Below, in pieces: positions 53,295-64,000 of a DNA stretch of 64,000 nt. Within the stretch, counting starts at the first letter, position 1, and each line of letters opens with the position of its first letter. The translations under genes were made by a program, and so were the position numbers. The notes beneath the pieces were generated by a model. It was not told where the DNA came from. It made no database searches and saw only the letters and a program-made list of their open reading frames with translations. The stretch lies in the NCBI GenBank assembly GCA_965220625.1, contig CBDCQN010000002.1:278622-342621 (forward strand). The letters are read 5' to 3'. Source of the stretch: Dehalococcoidia bacterium. GTDB taxonomy: Bacteria; Chloroflexota; Dehalococcoidia; Lucifugimonadales; UBA3495.

Positions 53295-53493
53295 TTGATG
53301 GGTTGGGGTGGGACAAGACCCACGTCCTATAAGCCGTGGGCCAGCGCCCGCACCGGGTCATCCGCGTAAAATCCCAAGAGAACGCCAACTCGCGTAGAAT
53401 ACCGCAAGGGAAACGCCAACTTCTCAACCGCTAAACTCCGGCTCGCCGGGACCAACGGGTCTTGGCGCGGCCGGCGAATTCTGGAGGAACAGT

Positions 53494-54501
53494 ATGACCG
53501 GAGAGAAACCCAGGGTGCACGTCATCGGGACCGGAGGCAGTATTGCGGGCATCGGGCCCGACCGGATGGACTTCATGCTCTATACGGAAATCGGGGATCT
53601 CCTGACCATCGGGCAATCGTTGGACCGGGTGCCCGAGGTCCAGGACATCGCTCATGTCGACTGTGAAGACCTCATCAGCGTCCCAAGCACGGCCATCGGG
53701 GCGACGGAATGGCTGGCGCTATCGCAGCGGATCAACCAGCTCTTCCGGGACGACGCCGGGCTCTCCGGGGTGGCCGTTACCCACGGCACCGCGACGTTGG
53801 AAGAGACAGCCTACTTTCTGCACCTCACCGTGAAGTCGGAGCGGCCGGTGGTCGTAACCGGGGCGATGCGGCCTCCCACCGCTCTCAGCACCGACGCCGA
53901 TCTCAACTTGGTGGACGCCGTACGGATTGCGTCCACTCCCCATGCTGGCGGGATGGGGGTGCTGACGGTACTCAACAACGAGATACAGTGCGCCCGGGAC
54001 GTTTCCAAGGCCAACTCTTTCCGAGTGGAGACGTTTCGGCCCAACGAATTGGGCTTTCTGGGCTATGCCGACTCCGACGGTCAGGTGGTGTTTTACCGCG
54101 CGCCACTGCGCAAACACACCGCCGCAACGTCCTTCGACGTGGATGGGCGCACCGAACTGCCACGGGTGGACATAGTGTATTCCTACGCCGGGGCCGACGG
54201 GTTCTACTTGGAAGCGGCGCGGGCCGGCCGCCCCGATGGGGTGGTCGTCGTGGGGTTCGGCGGCGGCACCTATCCACCTCTGTTCATCCAGGCGGCGGCC
54301 CGGTTGGTCGAAGACGGCATCCCGGTGGTAATGGCGACCCGGGCCACCGCCGGCAGGGTGGTGGCGACTCCCAGGTGGAGACAGCGGGGGTTCATCGAGT
54401 GCGATAACCTGCTGCCGCAAAAAGCCCGCATCCTGTTGATGCTGGCCCTCACCCAGACCCAGGACCGGGACGCCTTGCAACAGGCTTTTTACGAGTACTA
54501 G
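53494..54501 (+). CDS. asparaginase/glutaminase family protein
   Basis: IGTGGSIAG, THGTATLEETAYFL and VTGAMRP motifs. Confidence 0.93.
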   Translation: MTGEKPRVHVIGTGGSIAGIGPDRMDFMLYTEIGDLLTIGQSLDRVPEVQDIAHVDCEDLISVPSTAIGATEWLALSQRINQLFRDDAGLSGVAVTHGTATLEETAYFLHLTVKSERPVVVTGAMRPPTALSTDADLNLVDAVRIASTPHAGGMGVLTVLNNEIQCARDVSKANSFRVETFRPNELGFLGYADSDGQVVFYRAPLRKHTAATSFDVDGRTELPRVDIVYSYAGADGFYLEAARAGRPDGVVVVGFGGGTYPPLFIQAAARLVEDGIPVVMATRATAGRVVATPRWRQRGFIECDNLLPQKARILLMLALTQTQDRDALQQAFYEY

Positions 54502-54755
54502 CACAGAGCACCGGGCCGCACTGCTTTTCGGTGGGGCGGAACCGGCGCAATCCCGCTCCGGCAAAGTGTTGATAATGCCAAACGATAACTGGAGAGCCGC
54601 GTTACTGTTCACGTTGCCAATCTTTTACCGGCCGCTGGTAGCTTCAATCAACCGTATCAGAAGCATATCGATACCAGGAGGGTCTTTCCAGACCGAGCCC
54701 GATAGAGCCGAAACTCCAGGGCCGTAGGATTCATGGTGTATCCAGGAAGTCAATC

Positions 54756-55058
54756 ATGAAGAAGACATCTATTGAACCTAACAGGACTCTGCTACTGAAA
54801 TTCGAGCCCGGCGTGCCGAACCCGCGAGTGATTTTCGAGGTCAGATCGGACAGCCCGGTTACGACATATTTGGTAGATGACATGGGTCTGGAAGACTTCA
54901 AGGATGGCCGGACGCCGAATCATTACGCAAGGTTCGACGACCGCCGCATCCACCAGGCGAATTTAACTCTCCCCAACTTCAGCCGGTATCACTTGATAAT
55001 TTCCAACAGGTCACCGGAGCATTACGCAAAGGTCGAATACGACGTCAGGCACGGTTGA
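54756..55058 (+). CDS. hypothetical beta-sandwich protein
   Basis: 100-aa ORF; YHLIISN motif. Confidence 0.6.
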   Translation: MKKTSIEPNRTLLLKFEPGVPNPRVIFEVRSDSPVTTYLVDDMGLEDFKDGRTPNHYARFDDRRIHQANLTLPNFSRYHLIISNRSPEHYAKVEYDVRHG

Positions 55059-55647
55059 CATTTAGCGCCGCTTGGTACTGCTCTCGAGTGTTCAGGTCCA
55101 GCAGGACTTCCGGCTCGTCCAAGTCTACCCGCTCCACCGCGTCGCTGTGGCGGCGCACCACCGCCTTGATCCCTTGGGTCTCTTCGTCGATGGCTTTGAG
55201 ATCGGGCAAGAGTCTCGAATCCATTATGATGGGGTGCCCGCCCTTGCCGCCGAATTCCGGAATGGTAATGGCGTTGCCGTGAGCGTGGTGCCGCTCCAGC
55301 AGCCTCCGCACGATCTCGGGGCTACGGGGTTGGTCAACGTTGAGGAACAGGACCGAGGAGACGCCGGCCGAAGGAAGGGCGGAGAGCCCCGCCTTGACCG
55401 AGGTGGTCTTGCCTTGGAGATATTCGTGGTTGACGACCCAATCCAGGTGCTCCCGGCCCTCCAGCCGAGGGATGAGCCGGTCGGCCTGATGGCCCAGGAC
55501 CACGACGATCCGGTCGGCCCCGCCCGCCTTGAGGGAAGCGACCTGGTGTTCGATCAGGGTCCCGCCCCGCCACGGGAGCAGTGCCTTCAATTCTCCCATT
55601 CGGCGCGATTCGCCAGCCGCCAGCAGCACTGCCCAGACGCCAGCCAT
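55045..55647 (-). CDS. molybdenum cofactor cytidylyltransferase (MocA-like)
   Basis: LLAAGESRRMGELKALL, DQP, GHP and DLNT motifs; next to XdhC. Confidence 0.88.
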   Translation of the reverse strand: MAGVWAVLLAAGESRRMGELKALLPWRGGTLIEHQVASLKAGGADRIVVVLGHQADRLIPRLEGREHLDWVVNHEYLQGKTTSVKAGLSALPSAGVSSVLFLNVDQPRSPEIVRRLLERHHAHGNAITIPEFGGKGGHPIIMDSRLLPDLKAIDEETQGIKAVVRRHSDAVERVDLDEPEVLLDLNTREQYQAALNVNRA

Positions 55648-55657
55648 GGAGACTCCG

Positions 55658-56797
55658 CTAGACTTCGACAGCCCGTTCGACGATGTCGGCGGCCCGGTCG
55701 ACGTACCAGTCACCCATTTGCATCGGGCCGCCGCTGCCGCCGCGCCGGACCATTATTATCTCCGACATAATGCTGACGGCCAGTTCTTCCGGCGTCAATG
55801 CCCCAATGTTCAGCCCGACCGGAGCGTAGACCTCTTTGATCCGGTCTTTGGATACTCCCTGCTCCATCAAGCGCCGGTAGATCATCAGGGTCTTACGGCG
55901 GCTGCCGAGGAGGCCGATGTAACGGGCCCGGCTCGTAAGCGCGGACTCCAAGGCCATGTCGTCGAACCGGTGGCCCCGGGTGCCCACAACAATAAAGCTG
56001 TTGACGTTGACCGTGAGGTGGTTGGCCCACTGGTCGTAAGGGGCGACGACTGTTCCATCCGCGTAGGGGAAGCGTTCCTTGTTGGAAAATTCGGCCCGGT
56101 CGTCCACCACGTAGACCCGGTAGCCCAAAAAGTTGGCCAAATCGGCGGTTGCCTTCCCAACGTGGCCGCCCCCCACCATCACGAGGGTCGGCGGGGTCGT
56201 GAAGCCCTCCACGAATATCTCGGCACCTTCGGAGGTGGTGATGGACTCCGAGTTCCCAATTTCGGCCACGCGTGTGGCGGCCTCTATGGCCTTGGCGTCC
56301 AATTCGGTAGTTCCCAAGGTGCCGGCTACGCTGCCGTCGCTGCGAAGGAGGAGTTTGGCGCCCGGCTTCAGGCCGCTTCCAGAGGCTATCTGAGGGGCGT
56401 TGACCAAGGTGGCCAAACCCACCGGATCGCCTCCCTCATAGGCGTCGATTATTTCCTCGCCTATCGGAAGAAATTCGTCCCCGTTCCGGAACGGCTCCAG
56501 GTAGAAGTACATCGTGCCGCCGCACACCAGACCGTCCCTGGCGGCGATATCTTCGTTAAGATAGTAGTCCTTGAACTCGGGACCGCCGTTGCGCCGCAGA
56601 ATCTCTTTGGCGGCGAACCAGATGTCCCCCTCGACGCAGCCGCCGCCCAGCGTCCCGAGGCCGCTGCCATCGTCCCGGACCAGCAGCATCGCCCCGGCCT
56701 TCTGGGGCGTGGAACCTTTGGTGCGCACCACGGTCGCGATAACGCAGGGTTGCCCATCCTTCAAGACATCCAACGCGCCCTGAACGACATCTTTCAT
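55658..56797 (-). CDS. XdhC/CoxI-family xanthine dehydrogenase accessory protein
   Basis: GSTPQKAGA, GGGCVEG, CGG, YIGLLGSRRK and APVGLNIGA motifs. Confidence 0.93.
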   Translation of the reverse strand: MKDVVQGALDVLKDGQPCVIATVVRTKGSTPQKAGAMLLVRDDGSGLGTLGGGCVEGDIWFAAKEILRRNGGPEFKDYYLNEDIAARDGLVCGGTMYFYLEPFRNGDEFLPIGEEIIDAYEGGDPVGLATLVNAPQIASGSGLKPGAKLLLRSDGSVAGTLGTTELDAKAIEAATRVAEIGNSESITTSEGAEIFVEGFTTPPTLVMVGGGHVGKATADLANFLGYRVYVVDDRAEFSNKERFPYADGTVVAPYDQWANHLTVNVNSFIVVGTRGHRFDDMALESALTSRARYIGLLGSRRKTLMIYRRLMEQGVSKDRIKEVYAPVGLNIGALTPEELAVSIMSEIIMVRRGGSGGPMQMGDWYVDRAADIVERAVEV

Positions 56798-56964
56798 TGT
56801 GTACCTTTACCCGCAGGCGCCGGCCCATAGGAGGACCGTGGCCGCGAAGACGAATTTGGCTGGCGATAGTTTTCCAGACTGCCGCTCAAGCTTAACAAAA
56901 CGGGCCCAACCGGAGCAAACTACACTGTTAGTTTATACCCCATTCGGGTAAAATGTTATGTTGT

Positions 56965-57675
56965 ATGGCGATTGTTGCTATCACTTCTTGCGACACGAAA
57001 AACGCTCGACGTTACGTTGAAGTGATGGAAGCCGTTGGAGCCTCCGCCCGCCTGCTGTTACCCGAGTCCCATGGGGGGCAGACTGCGGAGCGACTGTTGG
57101 ATGGGGTGGGCGGTTTGCTGTTGACGGGGGGCCCGGATGTGGCGCCTTCTCTCTACGGGCAAGAACCCGGTCCCACGGCCGGACTGGAGTTATCGCCGCC
57201 CGTGGACGACCTTGAGTTACCGGTCCTCGAATACGCCCTGGAAATCGACATGCCTGTGCTGGCCATATGCCGGGGGATGCAGTTGCTAAATGTGGCTTTC
57301 GGAGGCAAATTGCTCCAAGACATCCCGGAACACCGGGAGGTTTCGGCGAACGGCCGCTCCGAATCATCTTACCACCAGATATACGTGGCCCCGGGAGCCA
57401 AGGCGGCGGCGATTATAGGGTCTGCCGGATTCTTCAAGGTCAACAGCCGCCATCACCAGGGCCTGCGGGACGCCCAGCGCGCCCCGCGCCTGATGACGAC
57501 TGCGTACAGTGTGGAGGACGGGTTGGTGGAGGGGTTGGAAAGCCCCGAACACAGTTGGGTCATCGGGTTGCAATGCCATCCGGAACGGCAGGACGAGGTC
57601 CCGAAACTCTTCGCCAACCTGTTTGCCGGGTTGGCGGAGCGTGCGGACTCATTTGCCGACGGCCGTTCCGCTTAG
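56965..57675 (+). CDS. gamma-glutamyl-gamma-aminobutyrate hydrolase (peptidase C26) family
   Basis: LTGGPDV, ICRGMQ, VNSRHHQ and QCHPE motifs. Confidence 0.92.
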   Translation: MAIVAITSCDTKNARRYVEVMEAVGASARLLLPESHGGQTAERLLDGVGGLLLTGGPDVAPSLYGQEPGPTAGLELSPPVDDLELPVLEYALEIDMPVLAICRGMQLLNVAFGGKLLQDIPEHREVSANGRSESSYHQIYVAPGAKAAAIIGSAGFFKVNSRHHQGLRDAQRAPRLMTTAYSVEDGLVEGLESPEHSWVIGLQCHPERQDEVPKLFANLFAGLAERADSFADGRSA

Positions 57676-57764
57676 CCACTCCGCCAGCAGTCCTCCAACA
57701 GAAAAACGCCCCGTGTGAAGGGCTCGGCGTCAAGCCGCCAGCACGAAAAGAGGAGTATTGCTAA

Positions 57765-60353
57765 ATGGTAACCACCGCTCCGGTCCCCTCTGGAGAACGG
57801 CCGATTCGCATCGAAGAGGAGATGCGGACTTCTTATCTGACCTACGCCATGAGCGTAATCGTGGCGCGGGCGCTGCCGGACGTGCGCGACGGTCTCAAGC
57901 CGGTGCAACGCCGCATCCTGTATGCCATGCACGACATGGGCATTCGCCCCAACTCCCAATTCAGGAAGTGCGCCCGTATCGCCGGGGAGGTGCTGGGTAA
58001 ATTCCATCCCCACGGCGAGGGGTCGGTATATGACGCCCTGGTAAGGCTGGCGCAGGACTTTTCCCTGCGCTACCCGCTGGTCGCCGGGCAAGGGAATTTC
58101 GGCAGTATCGACGGCGACCCTCCGGCGGCTATGCGGTACACCGAAGCCCGACTGGCCGCCATCGCCGAAGAATTGCTGGCGGACATCGACCAGAACACGG
58201 TGGACTTCCTACCCAATTTCGACGATTCGCTGACCGAACCCACGGTGTTGCCGGCCCGGATGCCGAACATGCTGGTCAACGGCGCGACCGGCATCGCCGT
58301 TGGCATGGCCACCAACATACCGCCCCACAACTTGGGGGAGGTATGCGACGCAATCGTCCACCTTATCGAAAACCCCGAGGCCACCACCGAACGCCTGATG
58401 CGCCACGTGAAGGGCCCCGACTTCCCCACCGGCGCCAACATACGCGGCCGGAAGGGCATCGAAGACACCTACACCACAGGCCGGGGCCGCGTCGTCATGG
58501 AGGCTTCCGCCGAGGTGGAGGAGACCCGCGGCGGACGCGAGCAGATAATCGTCTCCGAACTGCCCTACCAGGTCAACAAGGCCACGTTGATCGAGCGCAT
58601 CGCCCTGTTGACCCGGGACAAGAAAATCGAGGGCATTTCCGATATCCGGGACGAGTCGGACCGTCACGGCATGCGCATCGTCATCGAACTGCGCCGCGAC
58701 GCCCAGCCCAGGGTGGTGCTGAACAACCTGTTCCGGCACACTGCCCTTCGGTCTTCGTTCAACTCCATCATGCTGGCCTTGGTGGACGGACAGCCCCAGG
58801 TGTTGCCCCTGCGCGAATGCCTGTCGCTGTTCATCCAACACCGGCAAGAGGTGATCCGCCGGCGCTCCGAATACCAGTTGCAACGGGCCCGCGACCGTGA
58901 CCACGTGGTGCAGGGGTTGTTGCTGGCCTTGGACCGGTTGGACGAAGTGATCGAAATTATTCGCGGTTCCGCCGACGTTGAGGCGGCCCGCAACAACCTG
59001 ATGGAGCAGCTTTCCCTTTCCGAGATCCAATCCCAAGCCATTCTCGACATGCAACTGCGCCGTCTGGCGGCCTTGGAGCGGGAGCGGCTGCAGAACGAGC
59101 ACGACGAGCTGGTCAAGAGGATAGGCGAGCTCGAGGCGTTGTTGGCCGACGAGACCAAGGTGTTGGCCGAGATTAAGTCCGAGACCCGGGACCTGAAGAA
59201 GTCCTTCAACAACCCCCGCCGCACGGTGATCCACGACGAGGAGATTGGCGAGGAAACCCCCGAATCGTTGATCCCGCGTGAAGACGTGGTAATCACCCTC
59301 AGCCAGCGAGGTTACATCAAGCGGGTCCCGCCCGCCACTTACCGCACCCAGCACCGGGGGGGCAAGGGCGTGCGCGGAATGACCACCCGGGAAGACGACG
59401 CCACGATGGACCTGATCGTGGCCGACACCCATGACACCCTTTTCTTTTTCACCAACCGTGGGAGGGTCTACCCGTTGAAGGCCCATCAGATCGCCGGCGA
59501 CACCTCCCGCACCACCAGGGGTGTCCTGCTCTCCAACCTGCTGCCCTTGGACCGCGGGGAGCAGGTGCAGGCCATGCTTCTGCTGGACAAGTCCCAAGAC
59601 GAGTACCCGCTACTGTTGGCCACCAAACAAGGCCAGGTCAAAGCACTCAAGACGGGTGAGCTGTCCAACATCAGACCGTCAGGCCTCATCGTGATGGTCT
59701 TGGACCAAAGCGACGAATTGGTTGGGGTGTGCCAGGCCGGCGACGCCAAAGACGTGATGCTGGTGTCGTCAAGCGGCCAAGCCATCAAGTTCCCGATTGC
59801 CGGCCTGACGCCGCGGTCCAGGACTTCCGGCGGCGTCCGCGGCATGCGCCTGGTGGGAGAGGACCTGTTGGTCGCCATGGGCGTCGTTGTCCCCAACAGC
59901 CATTTGCTCATCGTCAGCCAGAACGGTTTCGGGAAGTCGACGCCCACCTCCAGCTACCCGCGCCACTCCCGGGGAGGCCAAGGGGTCAGGACGTTCCGTA
60001 CCACCGACAAAGCGGGGAACATCGCTGCGGCGCTGATGGTCACCGACACTCCGGGCCAAGAGATATTCATCATTTCGGCCAAGGCCCAAGTCGTCAGGAT
60101 CACTCTTGAAGACTTCAGGGTGACCGGCAGGAACACCCAGGGGGTGATCGTCTGGCAGGCCAAGGAGCCCGACGACTTCGTAGCCTCCATTGCCTGCTTC
60201 CAGGAAACAGCTACCGCCGGGGAAGACGAGCAGGTCGACGATCACCACGCGGAGAACGGGACGGCCGGCTCCAACGGCTCGGGCAATAACCATGTCAACG
60301 GGCAAGCCCAGAACGGAGAGAGGGGGACCCAAAACGGCGCTTCGGGCAAGTGA
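57765..60353 (+). CDS. gyrA: DNA gyrase subunit A
   Basis: [23 protein letters not shown] and GyrA-box QHRGGKG; C-terminal pinwheel repeats. Confidence 0.97.
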   Translation: MVTTAPVPSGERPIRIEEEMRTSYLTYAMSVIVARALPDVRDGLKPVQRRILYAMHDMGIRPNSQFRKCARIAGEVLGKFHPHGEGSVYDALVRLAQDFSLRYPLVAGQGNFGSIDGDPPAAMRYTEARLAAIAEELLADIDQNTVDFLPNFDDSLTEPTVLPARMPNMLVNGATGIAVGMATNIPPHNLGEVCDAIVHLIENPEATTERLMRHVKGPDFPTGANIRGRKGIEDTYTTGRGRVVMEASAEVEETRGGREQIIVSELPYQVNKATLIERIALLTRDKKIEGISDIRDESDRHGMRIVIELRRDAQPRVVLNNLFRHTALRSSFNSIMLALVDGQPQVLPLRECLSLFIQHRQEVIRRRSEYQLQRARDRDHVVQGLLLALDRLDEVIEIIRGSADVEAARNNLMEQLSLSEIQSQAILDMQLRRLAALERERLQNEHDELVKRIGELEALLADETKVLAEIKSETRDLKKSFNNPRRTVIHDEEIGEETPESLIPREDVVITLSQRGYIKRVPPATYRTQHRGGKGVRGMTTREDDATMDLIVADTHDTLFFFTNRGRVYPLKAHQIAGDTSRTTRGVLLSNLLPLDRGEQVQAMLLLDKSQDEYPLLLATKQGQVKALKTGELSNIRPSGLIVMVLDQSDELVGVCQAGDAKDVMLVSSSGQAIKFPIAGLTPRSRTSGGVRGMRLVGEDLLVAMGVVVPNSHLLIVSQNGFGKSTPTSSYPRHSRGGQGVRTFRTTDKAGNIAAALMVTDTPGQEIFIISAKAQVVRITLEDFRVTGRNTQGVIVWQAKEPDDFVASIACFQETATAGEDEQVDDHHAENGTAGSNGSGNNHVNGQAQNGERGTQNGASGK

Positions 60354-60420
60354 GCGGCCGGTGAGGCGGCGGTCACGATCGTTCCTCCGTCTCACCACCG
60401 ACCCGCCGGGACCGGGCGGC

Positions 60421-61218
60421 TTAGCCTAAAAAGTCGCGCACCAGCGTTACGAACTGGCTGGTCTTCTCCAGCTCGGGCCGATGACCGCAACCGTCGATGG
60501 TAGCGACCCGAGAACCGGAGATCGCTTGGTTGTAGGAGTCCGCCACGCTGAGCGGCACCACCCCGTCTTGGCCTCCCCAGACAATCAGAGTGGGCAAGTC
60601 CTTCAACCTGGCCAGGCGGAACGCAAGGCTTTGATCGTACATATAGGGGCGCCAGCTTAGCCGGCAAGCCTCCTCCCTGGCTGTTTCCCAGACTTCGACC
60701 AAGTCAGGCGACGGCTCGTCGGGACACACCGTCTGGAATTCCTCCGTAGTGGCAGGGTCGAGGATACCGGCCGTTATGAACTCCCTCGCCACTATCAAAA
60801 ACATGTCCAGAATTTCGCCTGCCGGGGGTTGGATGCCCGGGGCGCCCACCAGGACCAGTTTCTTGAAGTTCCGGGGGCTCTGAGCGGCCATTTCCGCAGT
60901 CAGCCAACCCCCCATTGAGAATCCCAGGACGTCCACGCCAACCAGTTGGAGTTCCTCCAGAGCCCGGAGGTACCATCCAGCCATGTCGCGCATATTCATA
61001 ATCCAGTCCACCCGGCCAGTGATTCCGAACCCGGGATGAGAGGGAGCGTACACGGTGCGGTTCCGGGCCAACTCGTCATGGTACCGGAGCCAACCCGGTT
61101 GGCCCATCTCACCGTGCAAAACCAGCAACGGCTCGCCCGAGCCTCCCTTCTTCATGTTCATCTCGGCCCCGGCCACCTGCAGGACTTCTTCGGTCCAAGT
61201 GATTGAGCTAGTCGTCAT
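60421..61218 (-). CDS. alpha/beta hydrolase
   Basis: LHG, GFSMGG and GHRPELE motifs. Confidence 0.9.
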   Translation of the reverse strand: MTTSSITWTEEVLQVAGAEMNMKKGGSGEPLLVLHGEMGQPGWLRYHDELARNRTVYAPSHPGFGITGRVDWIMNMRDMAGWYLRALEELQLVGVDVLGFSMGGWLTAEMAAQSPRNFKKLVLVGAPGIQPPAGEILDMFLIVAREFITAGILDPATTEEFQTVCPDEPSPDLVEVWETAREEACRLSWRPYMYDQSLAFRLARLKDLPTLIVWGGQDGVVPLSVADSYNQAISGSRVATIDGCGHRPELEKTSQFVTLVRDFLG

Positions 61219-61364
61219 CTGATCGCTCCTCTATTGGCCCTTTTTTGTCAGACCCTCTTCCAACTTGAGGTAAATGTCAGTTAATATATTACCTAGAGCC
61301 GCATGATATTGAAAAAGATACAATATTTCAATTCATGCTGTAACACCATACAATGGAGCCAGGG

Positions 61365-62072
61365 ATGAAACTAGTCTTTATTCACGGAGCGGGATGTTCC
61401 AGTCTGTCTTTCTACTACCAGCTCAGGCACTTCAGAAATTCCAAGGCAATCGACCTGCCCGGGCATCCAGCAGGGACCGCCTGCGGGGACGTGGACGGTT
61501 ATGTTGAATGGGTCCGGGGGTTCATTGCTGCCAGGCGGTACAAAGACGTCGTCCTTTGCGGTCATTCGATGGGCGGCGCAATTGCTCTTCAATACGCGCT
61601 TCGTTATCCGGATGAGTTGAAGGGGATGATCCTGATGGGAACGGGCGCCCGGCTTCGTGTCGATCCCAATTACCTGAAGCGGTGCCAGAACCCGGGGGAG
61701 GATAACAAACCGTGGCTCGACGGCCACAAGCAATACTACTCGGCGGTGGAATCGGATATCTACCAGGTGTTGGTCCAACGGGCCGAAGAAGTCGGACCGG
61801 GAGTTGAGTTGAACGATCTACTGGCCTGCGACCGCTTCGACGTCATGGGAAGCCTGGGCCAGATAAAGCTGCCTACCTACGTAATGTGCGGCAGTGAAGA
61901 CGTGATGACCCCGGTCAAATACAGCGATTACCTCGCGGAGAACATCGAGAACGCGACCGAGGACGTGATCGAAGGCGGCTCCCACTTCTTCCAACTGGAA
62001 AAATACAGCCGGGTCAACGGCGGAATCGAGGGATTTCTCTCCACCCTGAAGAGTAACGGCCACGGTAGATAA
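61365..62072 (+). CDS. alpha/beta hydrolase
   Basis: FIHGAG, DLPGH and GHSMGG motifs. Confidence 0.9.
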   Translation: MKLVFIHGAGCSSLSFYYQLRHFRNSKAIDLPGHPAGTACGDVDGYVEWVRGFIAARRYKDVVLCGHSMGGAIALQYALRYPDELKGMILMGTGARLRVDPNYLKRCQNPGEDNKPWLDGHKQYYSAVESDIYQVLVQRAEEVGPGVELNDLLACDRFDVMGSLGQIKLPTYVMCGSEDVMTPVKYSDYLAENIENATEDVIEGGSHFFQLEKYSRVNGGIEGFLSTLKSNGHGR

Positions 62073-62099
62073 CGGGCGGCTGGCGCGCCACCAGACGGC

Positions 62100-62591
62100 C
62101 TAGCCTTGTGCGGGGTTATACCACCGGCTCTTGTAGAACATCAGGGGCACTTCAGCATCGTTCCGGCGAATTTCCTTGACGCCGCCCAGATAAACGGTGT
62201 GGTCGCCATAAACGTGAGACCCAATCACATCGCAGTCCAAAAAGACCATCGAGTCGTCCAACACGGGAACGCCGCCGCTCGAAGCGGAGAAGCTGTAGTC
62301 CACGCCGCCGGTGCGGTCCTCGGGCTTTTTGGCGAAGTATGCCCCAAGTTCCTGCTGTTGCTGATTGAGGAAGTTGACTCCGAAGGACTGTCTGTTTTCC
62401 AGGTAGCCGTAGGTATGAGTACCGTGGGCGACGCAGACCAGAATAATCGGAGGGTCCAGGCACACTGAGGTAAAAGCGTTGGCCGTCATGGTGTGGGGTT
62501 GCCCTTCGTCGTCCAAGGTTGTGATGACGGTCACCCCGGTGGCGAATTCGGAGAGCGCCGATCTGAACTCGTCTTTGGTGAATTCAAGCAT
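62100..62591 (-). CDS. flavin reductase family protein
   Basis: FATGVTVIT, SVCLDPP and GDH motifs. Confidence 0.93.
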   Translation of the reverse strand: MLEFTKDEFRSALSEFATGVTVITTLDDEGQPHTMTANAFTSVCLDPPIILVCVAHGTHTYGYLENRQSFGVNFLNQQQQELGAYFAKKPEDRTGGVDYSFSASSGGVPVLDDSMVFLDCDVIGSHVYGDHTVYLGGVKEIRRNDAEVPLMFYKSRWYNPAQG

Positions 62592-62730
62592 TCTTTCCCC
62601 AGTAACTCCAGCGGACTAACTTGGAGCGCCGGCCCGTGGGTATTGGCCCGAGTGTGAGGCCCCGGACCGGGCCACGCACCATTATATACGCTACGGTTTC
62701 CGGCTGCTACCGGCGGAGCAGGGCGTCAAC

Positions 62731-63696
62731 TCACTGGAATGGCGAAAAACAACGGCCGATGTCACCACCGAAACGGTATGCGGCGGCGTCGAGTTTGGCC
62801 ACGGTCCCGGCCGACACCATTCCGGTGAATCGGTCGGGATGGGTAAGCTGGGCAAGGATTTCTATACCCTCCACGATCCTCGGCCCGGGCCGGCTGAAGT
62901 AGACGTGGTCAATAAGGTAGACCTCGCCGGCGAGCACGGCGGGCAGGTCGTTCCATCCGGGTTGCGCCGCCAACCACGGGACCTCGCGACGACCGCGGGC
63001 GATGTCGGACGAGCATAGGTCAACGTAGAGCTTGTCCGGGGCATAGCTCCGCACCTCCTCCCAGTCCAATCGCTTGGCTGGGCAGCCCGGCGCCAAGATG
63101 GCCTGATCGCCTCCGGCCAGATTCAGCAGGTCGGGGATCCAATGACCGCCGGCCACCAACGGGTTCACCCCTTCCAGGGAAAACACCCTGGGGCGCCGGA
63201 CTTCCGGCCCCAGGGTGTGCGTGATCGACCGCACCCGGGCCCGGAGCAATGCCACCAGCTCCTGGGCCGGACCGCGCGCGTTACAAGCGGCGCCCACTTG
63301 CTCGATAGAGTGCAGCACATCTTCGAACGTCCTGGGGTTGAGTTCCACCACCCGGGGCTGCACTTCCATCCCCCGGACCGCCGTATTCACCTCACCGGAG
63401 TCTACCTCGCAGATGTGGCACAGGTCCTGGGTCAGGATGACGTCGGGTGATTCGCGGGCGAGCCAATCTTCGTCGATCTCGTACGGGTTTTCGCCCGACC
63501 GGAGCAGGTCGATCATGGCTGCTTCCACCTCCTCGCTGGAGAGGACCGAGGGGTCGATCTTGCTGCGGCTCACCACCGGCTTGTCCGCTGCCTGGGGCGG
63601 GTAGTCGCAGAGATCGCTGACGCCGGTGATCTGGTCGCCCAAGCCAAGGGCATACAGTATCTCGGTCCCGCTGGGAAGAAGAGAGCAAATCTTCAT
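62731..63696 (-). CDS. BtuF-like cobalamin/siderophore-binding protein
   Basis: KICSLLPSGTEILYALG, CDYP, TQDLCHIC and FSRPGPR motifs. Confidence 0.9.
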   Translation of the reverse strand: MKICSLLPSGTEILYALGLGDQITGVSDLCDYPPQAADKPVVSRSKIDPSVLSSEEVEAAMIDLLRSGENPYEIDEDWLARESPDVILTQDLCHICEVDSGEVNTAVRGMEVQPRVVELNPRTFEDVLHSIEQVGAACNARGPAQELVALLRARVRSITHTLGPEVRRPRVFSLEGVNPLVAGGHWIPDLLNLAGGDQAILAPGCPAKRLDWEEVRSYAPDKLYVDLCSSDIARGRREVPWLAAQPGWNDLPAVLAGEVYLIDHVYFSRPGPRIVEGIEILAQLTHPDRFTGMVSAGTVAKLDAAAYRFGGDIGRCFSPFQ

Positions 63697-63870
63697 GTTG
63701 ACCAATCGTCGACCCCGTCTGCCGGAACATCGGTTGATTCGGACTCAATCGCCGGGGAATCGCCGGAGAAAAGTAACGAACCGGCGAGTTAGGTGTTGTA
63801 TTATAGTCTACTGATGGCACCTGAACTGCCTTTGGCCTGCCTCCACCCAATCCCCGGACCTTCCTCCTGA

Positions 63871-64000
63871 ATGGCCCAGGCATCGAACACCTGGAGCAGC
63901 TTTGCGTTAGTCCGGCTCAACGCGTTCAGCTTTGGGGTTACCGGGTTCATTCTGGCCATGGACACGGTGATCCTGCCGGTCTTCATTCTGACCGTGGCGC
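63871..64000 (+). CDS. probable MFS transporter N-terminus, runs off the right edge
   Basis: MAQASNTWSSFALVRLNAFSFGVTGFILAMDTVILPVFILTVA. Confidence 0.5.
   Translation, partial: MAQASNTWSSFALVRLNAFSFGVTGFILAMDTVILPVFILTVA

Noticed and set aside
55045-55647. Nucleotidyltransferase as a signalling enzyme
   Set aside because: MocA/MobA-type motifs beside XdhC indicate ordinary molybdenum cofactor maturation.
58209-59597. Long antisense ORFs over gyrA and other high-GC genes
   Set aside because: Shadow ORFs caused by GC3 bias.

Overview
High-GC window that looks like a SAR202/Dehalococcoidia-type Chloroflexota genome, possibly a sponge symbiont. That host call is an inference from the LLM/F420 oxidoreductases, the LRR and TPR proteins, and the IS load. 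The right ~11 kb (53.4-64 kb) is intact core chromosome: asparaginase, MocA-like transferase, XdhC, peptidase C26, gyrA, hydrolases, flavin reductase and a BtuF-like protein. It begins just beyond a half tRNA-Lys(CTT) that probably marks an island boundary. The left ~53 kb is a decaying accessory mosaic with IS5, IS1380, IS110, IS21, ISNCY, ISAs1, IS630, IS701 and IS3 copies and many pseudogenes. It also holds a catabolic block (38.5-47 kb) and a defence-like cluster. That cluster contains an HTH-ImmA regulator, a CD-NTase/E2/patatin CBASS operon with a downstream HEPN+OB-fold gene, PD-(D/E)XK nucleases, a PIN TA pair, a DUF6575 pair, and TcmP and DUF1643 relics. The best-supported unusual signal is an IS110 element whose bridge RNA guides can be read directly. 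They match its own donor junction and a target that is the RBS/start codon of an IS1380 transposase, into which it has inserted. Other leads are a 23-bp IS110-like mini-element next to a repeated target sequence, an orphan class III cyclase-like gene beside a TPR gene, and the HEPN-OB gene behind CBASS. All family assignments are from motif recognition by eye; no database searches were run.
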